Of a DNA stretch of 64,000 bases, positions 41,380-50,672 are shown in pieces. Under the pieces are notes generated by a model that was not told the origin of the DNA, made no database searches, and saw only the letters and a list, made by a program, of their open reading frames with translations. The translations under genes and the position numbers were made by a program. Within the stretch, counting starts at the first letter, position 1. The number at the start of each line of letters is the position of its first letter. The stretch comes from Demequinaceae bacterium (GTDB lineage Bacteria > Actinomycetota > Actinomycetes > Actinomycetales > Demequinaceae). The stretch lies in the NCBI GenBank assembly GCA_016933155.1, contig JAFGBM010000014.1:31776-95775 (forward strand), read 5' to 3'.

Positions 41380-42245
41380 ACGGTACCGCGCCGATGGTGG
41401 CTGACGGGGGAGAGGGTCTCGAGCCTTCTAGCCTGGTTCGAGGCGCCGCGGCGGAAGACCCGGACGAAGGCGGTCAGCGTGATCGCAAGGTAGGCCAGCC
41501 ATGCCAGGAACTCGAGAACTGAGGGCGCAGGCAGGAAACCGAATATTCCCTTGAGCACTGCGCCATGCCAGGAGGACTCCGGAACCTGGGCAGACACGTC
41601 GAAGGCCACGGATTCGAAGCCTCGGACAATGCCCGATTCCTGCAACTCGTGAATTGCGTGCGCCAACACCCCGGCTGCCAGCAGTATCAGGAAGAGCCCC
41701 GTCCACGTGAAGAATCTCGCCAGATTGATCCTCACGGCCCCGCGGTAGATGGCCCATCCGAGAGCGACCGCCGTGAAAATTCCCAGCACGGCCCCGCCAA
41801 GGGCGGCTGGAGCTGATCTCGCGGCACTGACCTGCGTCCATAGGAAGAGCGCGATCTCCAGCCCTTCCCTCCCGACGGCCAAGAACGCCAGGCTGAACAC
41901 CGCCCAACGTCCGAGACCAACAGCACGGCCGAGAGAATCCTCGAGGCGTCCCCTTAGCGACCGTGAGGTTCGGGCCATCCAGAACACCATCCATGTCATC
42001 AACGCCGTCGCCGCAAGGCCGGCGACTCCGGCGACGGCTTCGGTGGCCTCCGCGGGAAGCCGCTGTTGACCGAAGGTGAGGATGACGCCGACGGCGAGAG
42101 AGAAGCCGACGGCAGCCCCGAGTCCGCCCCATACCGCCGCGAGGAGGGTGCTCATGTTGGTGCGGAGCAGGTATGCGATCAGGACACCGATGATGAGGGC
42201 GGCTTCGAGGCCCTCGCGGAGACCCAGGACATAGTTGGCGATCAC
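41376..42245 (-). CDS. FTR1/EfeU-family high-affinity iron permease
   Basis: Two REGLE motifs (LREGLEAAL, GREGLEIALF) in a 7-TM protein. GTG start with GGAGGGG upstream. Confidence 0.85.
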   Translation of the reverse strand: MIANYVLGLREGLEAALIIGVLIAYLLRTNMSTLLAAVWGGLGAAVGFSLAVGVILTFGQQRLPAEATEAVAGVAGLAATALMTWMVFWMARTSRSLRGRLEDSLGRAVGLGRWAVFSLAFLAVGREGLEIALFLWTQVSAARSAPAALGGAVLGIFTAVALGWAIYRGAVRINLARFFTWTGLFLILLAAGVLAHAIHELQESGIVRGFESVAFDVSAQVPESSWHGAVLKGIFGFLPAPSVLEFLAWLAYLAITLTAFVRVFRRGASNQARRLETLSPVSHHRRGTV

Positions 42246-42266
42246 AAGCGCCCCTCCAAAGGGTAG

Positions 42267-42285
42267 TAAGGGTGACCTAACCTAG
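42267..42285. promoter_or_regulatory. Candidate DtxR/IdeR-type iron box upstream of the FTR1 operon
   Basis: TAAGGGTGACCTAACCTAG matches the DtxR consensus TTAGGTTAGCCTAACCTAA at 14 of 19 positions, with the right half CCTAACCTA perfect. Lies 22-40 nt upstream of the FTR1 start. Confidence 0.35.
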
Positions 42286-42462
42286 ATGAGTGCAGGCTAG
42301 GCGCTCAAGGATCTCTCTGTCAAAAATAGGAAACACATACGTTGCGTAAATGCGATCCGGCAGGCCTTCACCCTATCCGGGGGCAAGGCCGGCGTGACCT
42401 AGGTCCCGCAGTTGGGCGGGCTCCAGCCCGGAGGATGTGGGGGCACTCCGAAAGGTCGGTTC

Positions 42463-43992
42463 ATGAATATCCTCGACAAGGCGCACACCGTTGCTCCCAA
42501 GGGCTACAACCGCTGGCTCATCCCGCCGGCTGCTCTTGCCGTCCACCTCTCCATCGGACAGGTATACGCGCTCAGCGTTTTCAAGGATGCGCTCCGCTGG
42601 CGCTTCGGCGAGTGGTGTGAGGGCAATGTGATTGACGGTGCGTGCGTGCCCGCCTCCGGGGTCGATCCGGTATGGATGGAGGCCAGCCACACGTCCATCG
42701 GCGTCATTTTCTCCATTGCTATCGTCATGCTGGGCCTTTCGGCCGCGATCGGCGGTCGCTGGATGGAGCGCAACGGCCCGCGGAAGGCCATGGCGCTTGC
42801 CGCCACCTGCTGGGCAGGAGGCTTCGCGGTCGGTTCGCTGGGCCTCTTCACCGAGCAACTCTGGCTCGTCTACCTCGGCTATGGCGTTCTCGGCGGTATC
42901 GGGCTGGGTATGGGATACATCTCCCCGGTCTCGACGCTCATCAAGTGGTTCCCCGACCGCCCGGGCCTGGCCACGGGTCTTGCCATCATGGGCTTCGGCG
43001 GGGGAGCGATGCTCGCCTCGCCGCTCTCGAAATGGTTGCTCGACCGGTTCGCCAACACTGAGGCCGCGATCAACCAGTACGGACTTGAAGGGGTGACGGA
43101 TCCGGACACCCTGGAGGTGGCCGGACACGCGGCCGCCCTCGTCCCTTCTTGGCTCGCGCTCGGCGGCGTCTATCTCGTCTTGATGCTCCTCGGCGCCATC
43201 GTCGTCCGTGTCCCGAAGCCAGGCTGGAAGCCCGCAGGTTGGGTCCCCAAGGAGCACGGCCAGAGACTATCGAGCGGCGGCCAAGTGAACGCCAGGAACG
43301 CGATCAAGACCCCGTCGTTCTACTTCCTCTGGCTGGTGCTGTTCTGCAACGTCACCGCGGGTATCGGCATCCTGGAGAATGCCAAGCCGATGATCCAGGA
43401 CTACTACCCGCAGGTCACCGCAGCGGCAGCCGCGGGCTTTGTCAGCATCCTCTCCCTTGCCAACATGCTCGGACGCCTCGGTTGGTCGAGCCTCTCGGAC
43501 ACCATCGGTCGAAAGCTGACCTACGTCAAGTATTTGGGAGTCGGCGCACTTCTGTACACGTCGGTTGCCTTCTTCGGCCCGGACTCTATCGTCCTGTTCG
43601 TGCTGCTCATGATCGTGATCCTCAGTTTCTACGGCGGCGGATTTGCGACCATTCCGGCTTACCTCAAGGATGTCTTCGGCGAATTCGAGGTCGGCGCGAT
43701 CCACGGTCGTTTGCTGACCGCGTGGTCGGCCGCGGGCGTCGCCGGGCCGCTGATCATCAACAGCATCCTCGACGCTCTCGAAGCGCGTGGATACGAGGGC
43801 GCGGACCTCTACCGCCCGTCACTCCTGGTCATGGTCGGCATCCTGATGATCGGGTTCGTGGCGAACCTGCTCGTTCGTCCGGTGGATTCGAAGCATCACG
43901 TCCACGAGGACGACCTTCCCGACCACGACAAGCCTGTCGTCAAGGGCAAAGCCGGCGTGAAGAACTCCCCAGCCCTCATTGGAGCGAAATGA
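42463..43992 (+). CDS. MFS transporter, oxalate/formate antiporter (OFA)-like
   Basis: 12-TM MFS. N-terminus NRWLIPPAALAVHLSIGQVYALSVF is typical of OFA-family members. Start at ATG 42463. Confidence 0.8.
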   Translation: MNILDKAHTVAPKGYNRWLIPPAALAVHLSIGQVYALSVFKDALRWRFGEWCEGNVIDGACVPASGVDPVWMEASHTSIGVIFSIAIVMLGLSAAIGGRWMERNGPRKAMALAATCWAGGFAVGSLGLFTEQLWLVYLGYGVLGGIGLGMGYISPVSTLIKWFPDRPGLATGLAIMGFGGGAMLASPLSKWLLDRFANTEAAINQYGLEGVTDPDTLEVAGHAAALVPSWLALGGVYLVLMLLGAIVVRVPKPGWKPAGWVPKEHGQRLSSGGQVNARNAIKTPSFYFLWLVLFCNVTAGIGILENAKPMIQDYYPQVTAAAAAGFVSILSLANMLGRLGWSSLSDTIGRKLTYVKYLGVGALLYTSVAFFGPDSIVLFVLLMIVILSFYGGGFATIPAYLKDVFGEFEVGAIHGRLLTAWSAAGVAGPLIINSILDALEARGYEGADLYRPSLLVMVGILMIGFVANLLVRPVDSKHHVHEDDLPDHDKPVVKGKAGVKNSPALIGAK

Positions 43993-44105
43993 AGAAGGAA
44001 GTGCACAACCCTCTCGCCTATGTGCTGTGGGTAGTCGTTTCCGTCGGAATCGTCTACGGGGTGGCTCAGGTCGCCGTCAACGGAGCCAAGCTTTTCACCG
44101 AATAG
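43989..44105 (+). CDS. 38-aa single-TM protein coupled to the MFS gene (MFS transporter small subunit-like), absent from the ORF track as a separate gene
   Basis: ATGA overlap with the MFS stop. MKKEVHNPLAYVLWVVVSVGIVYGVAQVAVNGAKLFTE has one clear TM helix. Confidence 0.55.
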   Translation: MKKEVHNPLAYVLWVVVSVGIVYGVAQVAVNGAKLFTE

Positions 44106-44130
44106 GGCCAGCCGAAACCGCTGTGGGAGT

Positions 44131-45912
44131 CTAGTCGGCGTCCCCATCGATGTCGCAGATGGCCGTTCCCGCACTCACGGTCACCCCGACCGTTGCCGCG
44201 AGATTCGTGATCTTCCCGTTCCTGTGGGCCACGAGAGGCTGCTCCATCTTCATGGCTTCGAGGACCACGACGAGGTCCCCTTCCGCCACCATCGCACCAT
44301 CCTCTACCGCGACCTTGACGATTGTTCCTTGCATGGGTGAGGACAGGGTTTTTCCGCTCGTCAGCCGGACGGCTCCGTTGGCGCGTGCAGCCCTCCGGGG
44401 GCCGACCGCTCGGGCGCTTGCCCTCCCGGCGGCCGCGAGGCTTGCTGGTAGGACCACCTCCAGTCGCTTCCCGCTGACCTCGACGATGACCCGGGAGGTT
44501 TCCTCGGCCTCCCGATGCTCCGAGTCAGGGGTTCCTGCCTTGCCGAGAGAGGCGACAGTCTCGGCGAAGCCCGTCTCGATCCAGGTGGTGAAGACGCCCA
44601 GATGTCCATCGGGGGCCGTGAATTCGGGGGCGTCGAGGACGGCTCGATGGAACGGAATGACGGTGGGAATACCCTCGATGGCCATTTCCGAAAAGGCTCG
44701 GCGGGCGCGGGCGATGGCCTCATCCCTGGTTGCACCCGTGACGATGACCTTCGCCAGGAGCGAATCGAACGCCCCGGAGACGACGCTGCCTTGGACGATT
44801 CCCGCGTCGACCCGGACCCCCGGGCCGGAGGGGAGCCTCAATCCGGTCACCCTTCCAGGTGTCGGAAGGAAACCGGCTCCCGGGTCCTCGCCGTTGATGC
44901 GGAACTCGATCGAGTGTCCGCGGACGATCGGCTCCAAGACGGAGATGGGTTCGCCCGCCGCGATGCGGAACTGCTCCTTCACGAGGTCCATTCCCGTCAC
45001 CTCTTCGGAGACGGGGTGCTCCACCTGGAGCCGGGTGTTGACCTCCAGGAAGGAGACCGTTCCATCCGCACCGACGAGGAACTCGCAGGTGCCAGCGCCC
45101 AGGTAGTGCGCCTCCTTGAGGATCGCCCGGCTGCCCTCGACGATGACCGCCTCCTGCTCGGGGGTCAGGAAAGGCGCGGGGGCCTCCTCGACGAGTTTCT
45201 GGTGGCGACGCTGAAGCGAGCAGTCGCGGGTGGAGACCACGACGACATTGCCGTGCGAGTCCGCGAGGCATTGCGTCTCGACGTGACGGGGCTTGTCAAG
45301 GAAACGCTCGACGAAGCACTCGCCTCGGCCGAAGGCGGAGGTAGCCTCCCGAACGGCCGATTCGAAGAGCTGCGCGATGTCCTCGCGGGTGCGGGCCACC
45401 TTGAGGCCGCGACCGCCTCCGCCGTGGGCAGCCTTGATCGCCAGAGGAAGGCCGTGTTCGTCGGCGAAAGCGAGGATCTCCTCGGCGTCGGCGACGGGGT
45501 CGGGGGTTCCGTGGACGAGGGGGGCCCCGACCTTCTCGGCGATGCGGCGGGCGGAGACCTTGTCCCCCAACGCCTCGATCGCCTCGGGGGGTGGACCGAT
45601 CCAGATCAGCCCGGCCCCGATGACGGCGCGGGCGAAGTGGGCGTTTTCTGCGAGGAAGCCGTACCCGGGGTGGATCGCGGCGGCTCCGGAGCGTGCCGCG
45701 GCGTCGAGGATCTTGTCGATGTTGAGGTAGGTGTCCGTCGCGGTCGCTCCCCCAAGGGCGTAGGCGTCATCCGCAAGGGAGACGAATGGGGCATCGCGAT
45801 CGGGGTCGGCGTAGACGGCAACGGAACGAATTCCCGCGTCTCTCGCAGCCCGGATGATGCGAACCGCGATCTCGCCCCTGTTGGCTATCAGAACGGAGTC
45901 GAATGACGGCAC
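44131..45912 (-). CDS. accA: Acyl-CoA carboxylase alpha subunit (biotin carboxylase + BCCP)
   Basis: [17 protein letters not shown]-grasp core, C-terminal biotinyl domain with EAMKME. Confidence 0.92.
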   Translation of the reverse strand: MPSFDSVLIANRGEIAVRIIRAARDAGIRSVAVYADPDRDAPFVSLADDAYALGGATATDTYLNIDKILDAAARSGAAAIHPGYGFLAENAHFARAVIGAGLIWIGPPPEAIEALGDKVSARRIAEKVGAPLVHGTPDPVADAEEILAFADEHGLPLAIKAAHGGGGRGLKVARTREDIAQLFESAVREATSAFGRGECFVERFLDKPRHVETQCLADSHGNVVVVSTRDCSLQRRHQKLVEEAPAPFLTPEQEAVIVEGSRAILKEAHYLGAGTCEFLVGADGTVSFLEVNTRLQVEHPVSEEVTGMDLVKEQFRIAAGEPISVLEPIVRGHSIEFRINGEDPGAGFLPTPGRVTGLRLPSGPGVRVDAGIVQGSVVSGAFDSLLAKVIVTGATRDEAIARARRAFSEMAIEGIPTVIPFHRAVLDAPEFTAPDGHLGVFTTWIETGFAETVASLGKAGTPDSEHREAEETSRVIVEVSGKRLEVVLPASLAAAGRASARAVGPRRAARANGAVRLTSGKTLSSPMQGTIVKVAVEDGAMVAEGDLVVVLEAMKMEQPLVAHRNGKITNLAATVGVTVSAGTAICDIDGDAD

Positions 45913-45918
45913 CAGGCC

Positions 45919-45924
45919 AACGTA
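45919..45924 (-). promoter_or_regulatory. Putative -10 box (TACGTT) for leaderless accA mRNA
   Basis: TACGTT, 6 nt (GGCCTG), GTG 45912. Confidence 0.4.
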
Positions 45925-46008
45925 GCGTGATCATGGGAGGCGTTTCGACCCCGGGGACAGGTCGGGGGGCAACTTTGGGGCGGGCGCTAACCTCCCGGCT
46001 TGACGTTT

Positions 46009-46055
46009 GTAGAAAAGGCACAACGAAAGGGGGCGATTCGCGAGGTTACGCCCCC
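46009..46055 (-). terminator. Rho-independent-like terminator downstream of maf
   Basis: On the minus strand: GGGGGCG-13 nt-CGCCCCC hairpin followed by TTTCGTTGTGCCTTTTCTAC. Confidence 0.55.
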
Positions 46056-46105
46056 GTAGGTTGTTCTGACTCGACAAAACGGCTTGTTCGTATTCCGTTC
46101 CTGCC

Positions 46106-46774
46106 TCAGGACCACAGGTCGGTGATACTCAGCCCAAGGCGAATGAGAAGATGCCTGAGCAGGGGGAGGCTCAGTCCGACGACGCCGTGATGATCACCAT
46201 CGATGCCCTCGACGAAGGGCCCGCCCAGGCCGTCGATGGTGAATCCTCCAGCGACGCCGAGAGGCTCCCCCGTCGCGACGTAGGCGTCGATTTCCGCGTC
46301 GGTCAGATCGGCGAAACGTACGATCGTCGAGGAGGTGTCACCGGCCCGCCCTCCGATCGCGTCGCTGTCCGGGCTTTCAATCCGGTTGTCGATGAGGGCA
46401 TGTGCGGTGTGGAGGATGGCGGATTGGCCGCGAACCTCTCGCCAGCGTTCGCGCGCAACCTCGGGGGTGTGCGGCTTGCCCAGCAACTCTCCCCGGAACT
46501 CCAGCATGGAATCGCAGCCGAGGATGAGGGCGTCCGGATCGTGGTGCTCCTGCACCCACTCGGCCTTGGCGCTCGCCACGATGAAAGGCTGGTCTCTGAG
46601 GAGCAGTTCCGGCCCGAGTCCGGCTGAGTGGTGCTCCGAGAACAGGTCGCGGGCGTTCGCAAGAAGGCCGTCCTCGTCGATGTCGGCAACGATTACCGTC
46701 GGTTCGATGCCAGCCGAGCGCAGGGTCGACAACCGCGCGGGCGAGGCGGAAGCCAGGACGAGGGAAACGGGCAT
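46106..46774 (-). CDS. maf: Maf-like nucleoside triphosphate pyrophosphatase
   Basis: LVLASASPARLSTLRSAGI N-terminus and GGFTIDG C-terminal motif, typical of Maf/YhdE. Confidence 0.88.
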   Translation of the reverse strand: MPVSLVLASASPARLSTLRSAGIEPTVIVADIDEDGLLANARDLFSEHHSAGLGPELLLRDQPFIVASAKAEWVQEHHDPDALILGCDSMLEFRGELLGKPHTPEVARERWREVRGQSAILHTAHALIDNRIESPDSDAIGGRAGDTSSTIVRFADLTDAEIDAYVATGEPLGVAGGFTIDGLGGPFVEGIDGDHHGVVGLSLPLLRHLLIRLGLSITDLWS

Positions 46775-46791
46775 GGCGTCAGCCTAGCCCG

Positions 46792-48576
46792 CTACGAGTA
46801 CGCCTTTGCCTGCATGGAGTAGAGGTCGGCGTACAGCCCGCCGAGTTTCATCAGTTCCTGGTGTGATCCGGCTTCCTGGATCCGGCCGTCGTTGACGACG
46901 AGGATGAGGTCCGCCATGCGCACGGTCGAGAAGCGGTGGGAGACGAGGATGGTGATGGCTCCGGTCTTCTTAGCAACGCGTTTTGCGGAGGCGGCATACT
47001 CCTCGAAGAGGTTGTGCTCGGCCTGGGCGTCGAGGGCACTCGTCGGTTCGTCCAGAACGAGCAGGAGCGGGGTCTCCCGCATCATCGCCCGACCCAGGGC
47101 GAGCTTCTGCCACTGCCCTCCGCTCAGTTCGGTGCCGTCGGCATAGGACTTTCCGATCTGGGTCTCGAGCCCATCCTCGAGGCGAGTCAGCAGGTCGTCG
47201 CCCCGGGCCCGATGGAGGGCTTTCTTGACGGCGGGGGTGCTCTCGATCTTCGGCAGATCCCCGATCCCGACGACCTCACGTGCGATGAATTCGAAGCGCG
47301 CGAAGTCTTGGAACCCCGCCGCGATGCGTCCCCGCCATTCGTCGAGGGGGAAGCGCCTCATGTCGACCCCATCCATCTCGATCGCGCCCGACGTCTGCTC
47401 GTAGAACCGGCAGAGCAGTTTGACGAGGGTCGTCTTGCCGGCTCCGTTCTCGCCGACGATGGCGACGGTGGTTCCTGCCGGAAGCTCGAGATTGACCCCA
47501 CCGAGAACCTTCCGTTCGGTACCCGGGTAGGCGAACGAAACGTCGCGGAGGGTGATCCCCTTCCTGATCGTCTTGGGGAGGGGTAGATCGGGCGTGGGGA
47601 GGTCCTTTTCGACCAACGCCCGCATCCAGGCCAGGTTGGCGAGGGTGCGGGAGACGCGCTGAAGGCCGACGAGGAGGAACACCGCCTGGGTGACTTGGGC
47701 GTTCACCTGGCTGGCCAACGAGATGACCAGGACGACATCCCCGACCGTACCCTGGTCGGCCACGACGTTCCGGATGACGAGGAGCGTCGCCCCGATGTAG
47801 GCGACGGCGAAAAGCAACTGCCCGATGACCTGAAGGAACGCGGAGCGGTCCTCTCCCTTGACGAGGATGTCCGTGGCATCCTTCCATGAGGCCTTCTGGC
47901 GATCGTGCATCTCCTCCCCGAGACCGCAGACCCGAATCTCCTTGGCCGGCCCCGCATCCGTGACGAGGTGGAAGACGTGCCGGACCTTGCGGGTGTGGGG
48001 TGCCGCGGCCTCACGGGCCTTCCCCATGCCGACCTCTCCCATCCGACCGAGGATGAGGGATGGGATGGCGAAGACGGGCAGGAGGAGGAGCCACGGGTTG
48101 AGGGTCGAGAGCAGGAAGATGGTGATGAGCATGCCCATCGCCAACCCGATGGAACTGAACAGGATGCTCATGACCATCCAGCCGGCCCAGTTGACCTCCT
48201 GGCGGATGACCCGGAGCTTGTCCGCGTAATCCGGCCGCTCGTGGTGTTCCAGCCCGGCCGAGCCGTTGCTGATGTCGATGAGGTCGCGCTCGATCGCGAG
48301 TTGGACCATCTCCCCCAATTCGAAGTAGAAGATGTGGCCGAAGTGCCCGGCGACAAGGCTGGCCATCGTCAGCGCCGCGACGGCGAGGGCGGCCCCGGTG
48401 ACGGCAGAGGCATCGTGACGGATAGCGGCGTTGGTGAGGGCCGCGAGCGCGGGGGCGGCGAGCGGCATCGCGACGAACTGCAGGGTCATGAGAAGGAACG
48501 ACAAGACCACTCGCCCCCTGCTCTCGTTCCAGGCGATGTGGGCGAGGGTCTTGGCCCCCCGGAGGGATTCGATCAT
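46792..48576 (-). CDS. ABC exporter, fused permease/ATPase (pair 1, subunit B)
   Basis: 6-TM exporter domain plus NBD: Walker A GENGAGKTTL, signature LSGGQWQ, Walker B LLVLDEPTSALD. ATGA overlap with subunit A. Confidence 0.88.
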   Translation of the reverse strand: MIESLRGAKTLAHIAWNESRGRVVLSFLLMTLQFVAMPLAAPALAALTNAAIRHDASAVTGAALAVAALTMASLVAGHFGHIFYFELGEMVQLAIERDLIDISNGSAGLEHHERPDYADKLRVIRQEVNWAGWMVMSILFSSIGLAMGMLITIFLLSTLNPWLLLLPVFAIPSLILGRMGEVGMGKAREAAAPHTRKVRHVFHLVTDAGPAKEIRVCGLGEEMHDRQKASWKDATDILVKGEDRSAFLQVIGQLLFAVAYIGATLLVIRNVVADQGTVGDVVLVISLASQVNAQVTQAVFLLVGLQRVSRTLANLAWMRALVEKDLPTPDLPLPKTIRKGITLRDVSFAYPGTERKVLGGVNLELPAGTTVAIVGENGAGKTTLVKLLCRFYEQTSGAIEMDGVDMRRFPLDEWRGRIAAGFQDFARFEFIAREVVGIGDLPKIESTPAVKKALHRARGDDLLTRLEDGLETQIGKSYADGTELSGGQWQKLALGRAMMRETPLLLVLDEPTSALDAQAEHNLFEEYAASAKRVAKKTGAITILVSHRFSTVRMADLILVVNDGRIQEAGSHQELMKLGGLYADLYSMQAKAYS

Positions 48577-50585
48577 GGGAGGGCCTCCTCGAGGTCGATC
48601 GGGGCGTCGGGATCCACCGGTGCCTCGATGGTGTCGCCCTCGGCATCGAGCCCCTTGGCGAAGCGCTCGGCTTGGAGGGTGAACAACCGCTGGTAGTGGC
48701 CGCCGTTCTTCATCAACTGGGCGTGGGTTCCCTGTTCCGAGATCCGGCCCTCGTCGATGACGACGATGTGGTCAGCCCGACGGACGGAGGAGAAGCGGTG
48801 GGAGATGAGGATCGAGGTCACACCCTTGGTGAGTTCGACGAAACGATCGAAGAAGGCGACCTCGGCTCGCACATCGAGGGCCGAGGTCGGTTCGTCGAGG
48901 ACGAGAACCTTGGCGCCGTTCTGCAGAGCATACAGCGACCGGGCGATCGCGATGCGCTGCCACTGGCCTCCGCTCAGGTCGATGCCGTCCTGGTAAGCGC
49001 GGGCCAAGGGGGTGTCGAGTCCGAGGGGATGGTCGCCGAAGGCGTCGAGGATGCCCGCCCGGCGGGCGGCCTCCCGAACGCAGCCCTCGTCCCTCGGAAC
49101 GTGGATCGCGCCAATTGCGATGTTGTCCGCCGCGGTGAACTCGTACTTGATGAAGTCCTGGAAGATGACGCTTATCTGTCGACGCCACTCGACCGGATCG
49201 AGGAGGCCGATGTTCACCCCGTCTGCGAGGATCGCGCCCGAGGTCGGCTCGTAGAGCCGGGTGAGGAGCTTGACGAGCGTTGTCTTTCCGGCGCCGTTGA
49301 CGCCGACGATCGCCGTCGATCGACCGGCAGGGATCTCCAGGTCGAGGTCGTGGAGGACCCGCTCGTTCGCCCCGGGATACGAGAACTCGAGGTGGTGGAA
49401 GTGGAGGGACGCGTTCGGCAGTGACCGAACGGCGACGGTGGCGGGATCGGCAACACCGACCGCCACACGCGCGGCGTTTGTCGCGGTCTGCTCCCTTTCC
49501 CGCGCCTCGGCCCGTTCGATCTGAGTTCGGAGCGCTCGCATAGCCTCCACAGCACGCATCCCGAACTGGGTGGGGACGTCTGCCTCCTCGTAGGCCCCGC
49601 CGAGGGCGATGGCCCCCATCAGCGCCTGGAGGGATAGGGCGAGGGCCGTGAGTGACAGGTCATTCTCGACCGCCCCCTGCCCGATCCGGTAGACGACCCA
49701 GGCCAGCACCACGAGACCGACCGTGGTGATGAAGATGTAGGGGTAGAAGTAGATGCGCCTCCGCGCCCGCCCAACCGGGCCGAAAAGATCCCAGTAGGCA
49801 CGGTTGTAACGCTCCGAGAGCCACTCATTCGTCCGGAAGACCCGGGTCTCCTTCGAGGCGACGTCGCTCATGGAGAGCTCTCGGAGATAGTCGCGCTTGC
49901 GGTCTTCGGGCATGACCGTGCGCCAAACCGCTGAGAACTTGCGAAGCCCACCTCGGTTGCCGTAGCGGAACATCATGGTGACGCAGAAGACGACGGGACC
50001 CGCCCACCAGAACGAGGCGATGCTCAGCAAGACGCAGAAGGATAAGAGAGCGCCATAGCGGGCGATGAGGGCGAGTATCCCCGAGACCGCCTGGCCGGGG
50101 GTGTTCCAATCGTCGTCGAACGATCGGACGGACTCGGCCAGTTCGTTGAGGACGTCTTGATCCTCCAACGGGGCGATGGAGGTCGTCCGGGTCGTGAGGG
50201 ACAGGATCTCCTGCCGGAGCTGGCCATCGATCCGGCGCCTGACCCGCGAGGCCAGGGCCGTGACGACGGGTGCGACGATCCGGGCGAAGAGAAAGGCAAC
50301 GGCCGCCAGGACGAACGCCAGAACAAGGCCGTCCCAGGCGTCCGAAGCGACGCCCCCCTCGACCGCCGCGGGAACGCGGCCGATGACGATGGAGGTGGCC
50401 ACGACGAAGAAGACGGGCAGGGCGCCGGCGACGAGATTGAGCAGGATGAGAGACCCGGCGAGCGGCCATCCGACCCGGGGAACCATGCGGATGATCTCGA
50501 CTCGGGAGATGATCGTCCGTTCGACCCACAGGTCCCAGGAGGAACGCAGGCGCGATCGCCTTGACGTGGAGGTGGGGGTAGGCAC
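48573..50585 (-). CDS. ABC exporter, fused permease/ATPase (pair 1, subunit A)
   Basis: TMD plus NBD (GVNGAGKTTL, LSGGQWQRIAIAR, VLVLDEPTSALD). The N-terminus aligns with the 53302..55245 product. Confidence 0.88.
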   Translation of the reverse strand: MPTPTSTSRRSRLRSSWDLWVERTIISRVEIIRMVPRVGWPLAGSLILLNLVAGALPVFFVVATSIVIGRVPAAVEGGVASDAWDGLVLAFVLAAVAFLFARIVAPVVTALASRVRRRIDGQLRQEILSLTTRTTSIAPLEDQDVLNELAESVRSFDDDWNTPGQAVSGILALIARYGALLSFCVLLSIASFWWAGPVVFCVTMMFRYGNRGGLRKFSAVWRTVMPEDRKRDYLRELSMSDVASKETRVFRTNEWLSERYNRAYWDLFGPVGRARRRIYFYPYIFITTVGLVVLAWVVYRIGQGAVENDLSLTALALSLQALMGAIALGGAYEEADVPTQFGMRAVEAMRALRTQIERAEAREREQTATNAARVAVGVADPATVAVRSLPNASLHFHHLEFSYPGANERVLHDLDLEIPAGRSTAIVGVNGAGKTTLVKLLTRLYEPTSGAILADGVNIGLLDPVEWRRQISVIFQDFIKYEFTAADNIAIGAIHVPRDEGCVREAARRAGILDAFGDHPLGLDTPLARAYQDGIDLSGGQWQRIAIARSLYALQNGAKVLVLDEPTSALDVRAEVAFFDRFVELTKGVTSILISHRFSSVRRADHIVVIDEGRISEQGTHAQLMKNGGHYQRLFTLQAERFAKGLDAEGDTIEAPVDPDAPIDLEEALP

Positions 50586-50591
50586 GGACCG

Positions 50592-50619
50592 AGTATAGGG
50601 ATGACGGCTGACACGGCAA
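50592..50619 (-). promoter_or_regulatory. Putative promoter for leaderless ABC pair 1 mRNA
   Basis: Minus strand: TTGCCG (-35), 16 nt, TATACT (-10), 6 nt (CGGTCC), GTG 50585. Confidence 0.5.
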
Positions 50620-50672
50620 GGGGCGAATTTCGACTGTTATCGAATCGGTACTCTCGCGTTACGTGTTCGATA

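Noticed and set aside
42300-42462. Possible riboswitch in the roughly 150-nt region upstream of the OFA-type MFS gene
   Set aside because: Only short generic stems are visible (GGCCTT...AAGGCC, CGGGCT..AGCCCG). I recognise no conserved riboswitch core, and it cannot be supported without covariance-model searches.
50640-50670. TCGAA ... TTCGA inverted repeat upstream of ABC pair 1, as a possible LexA SOS box
   Set aside because: The half-sites are separated by about 21 nt. The actinobacterial LexA consensus as I recall it (TCGAAC-N4-GTTCGA) needs 4 nt, and only 5 bp per arm match.
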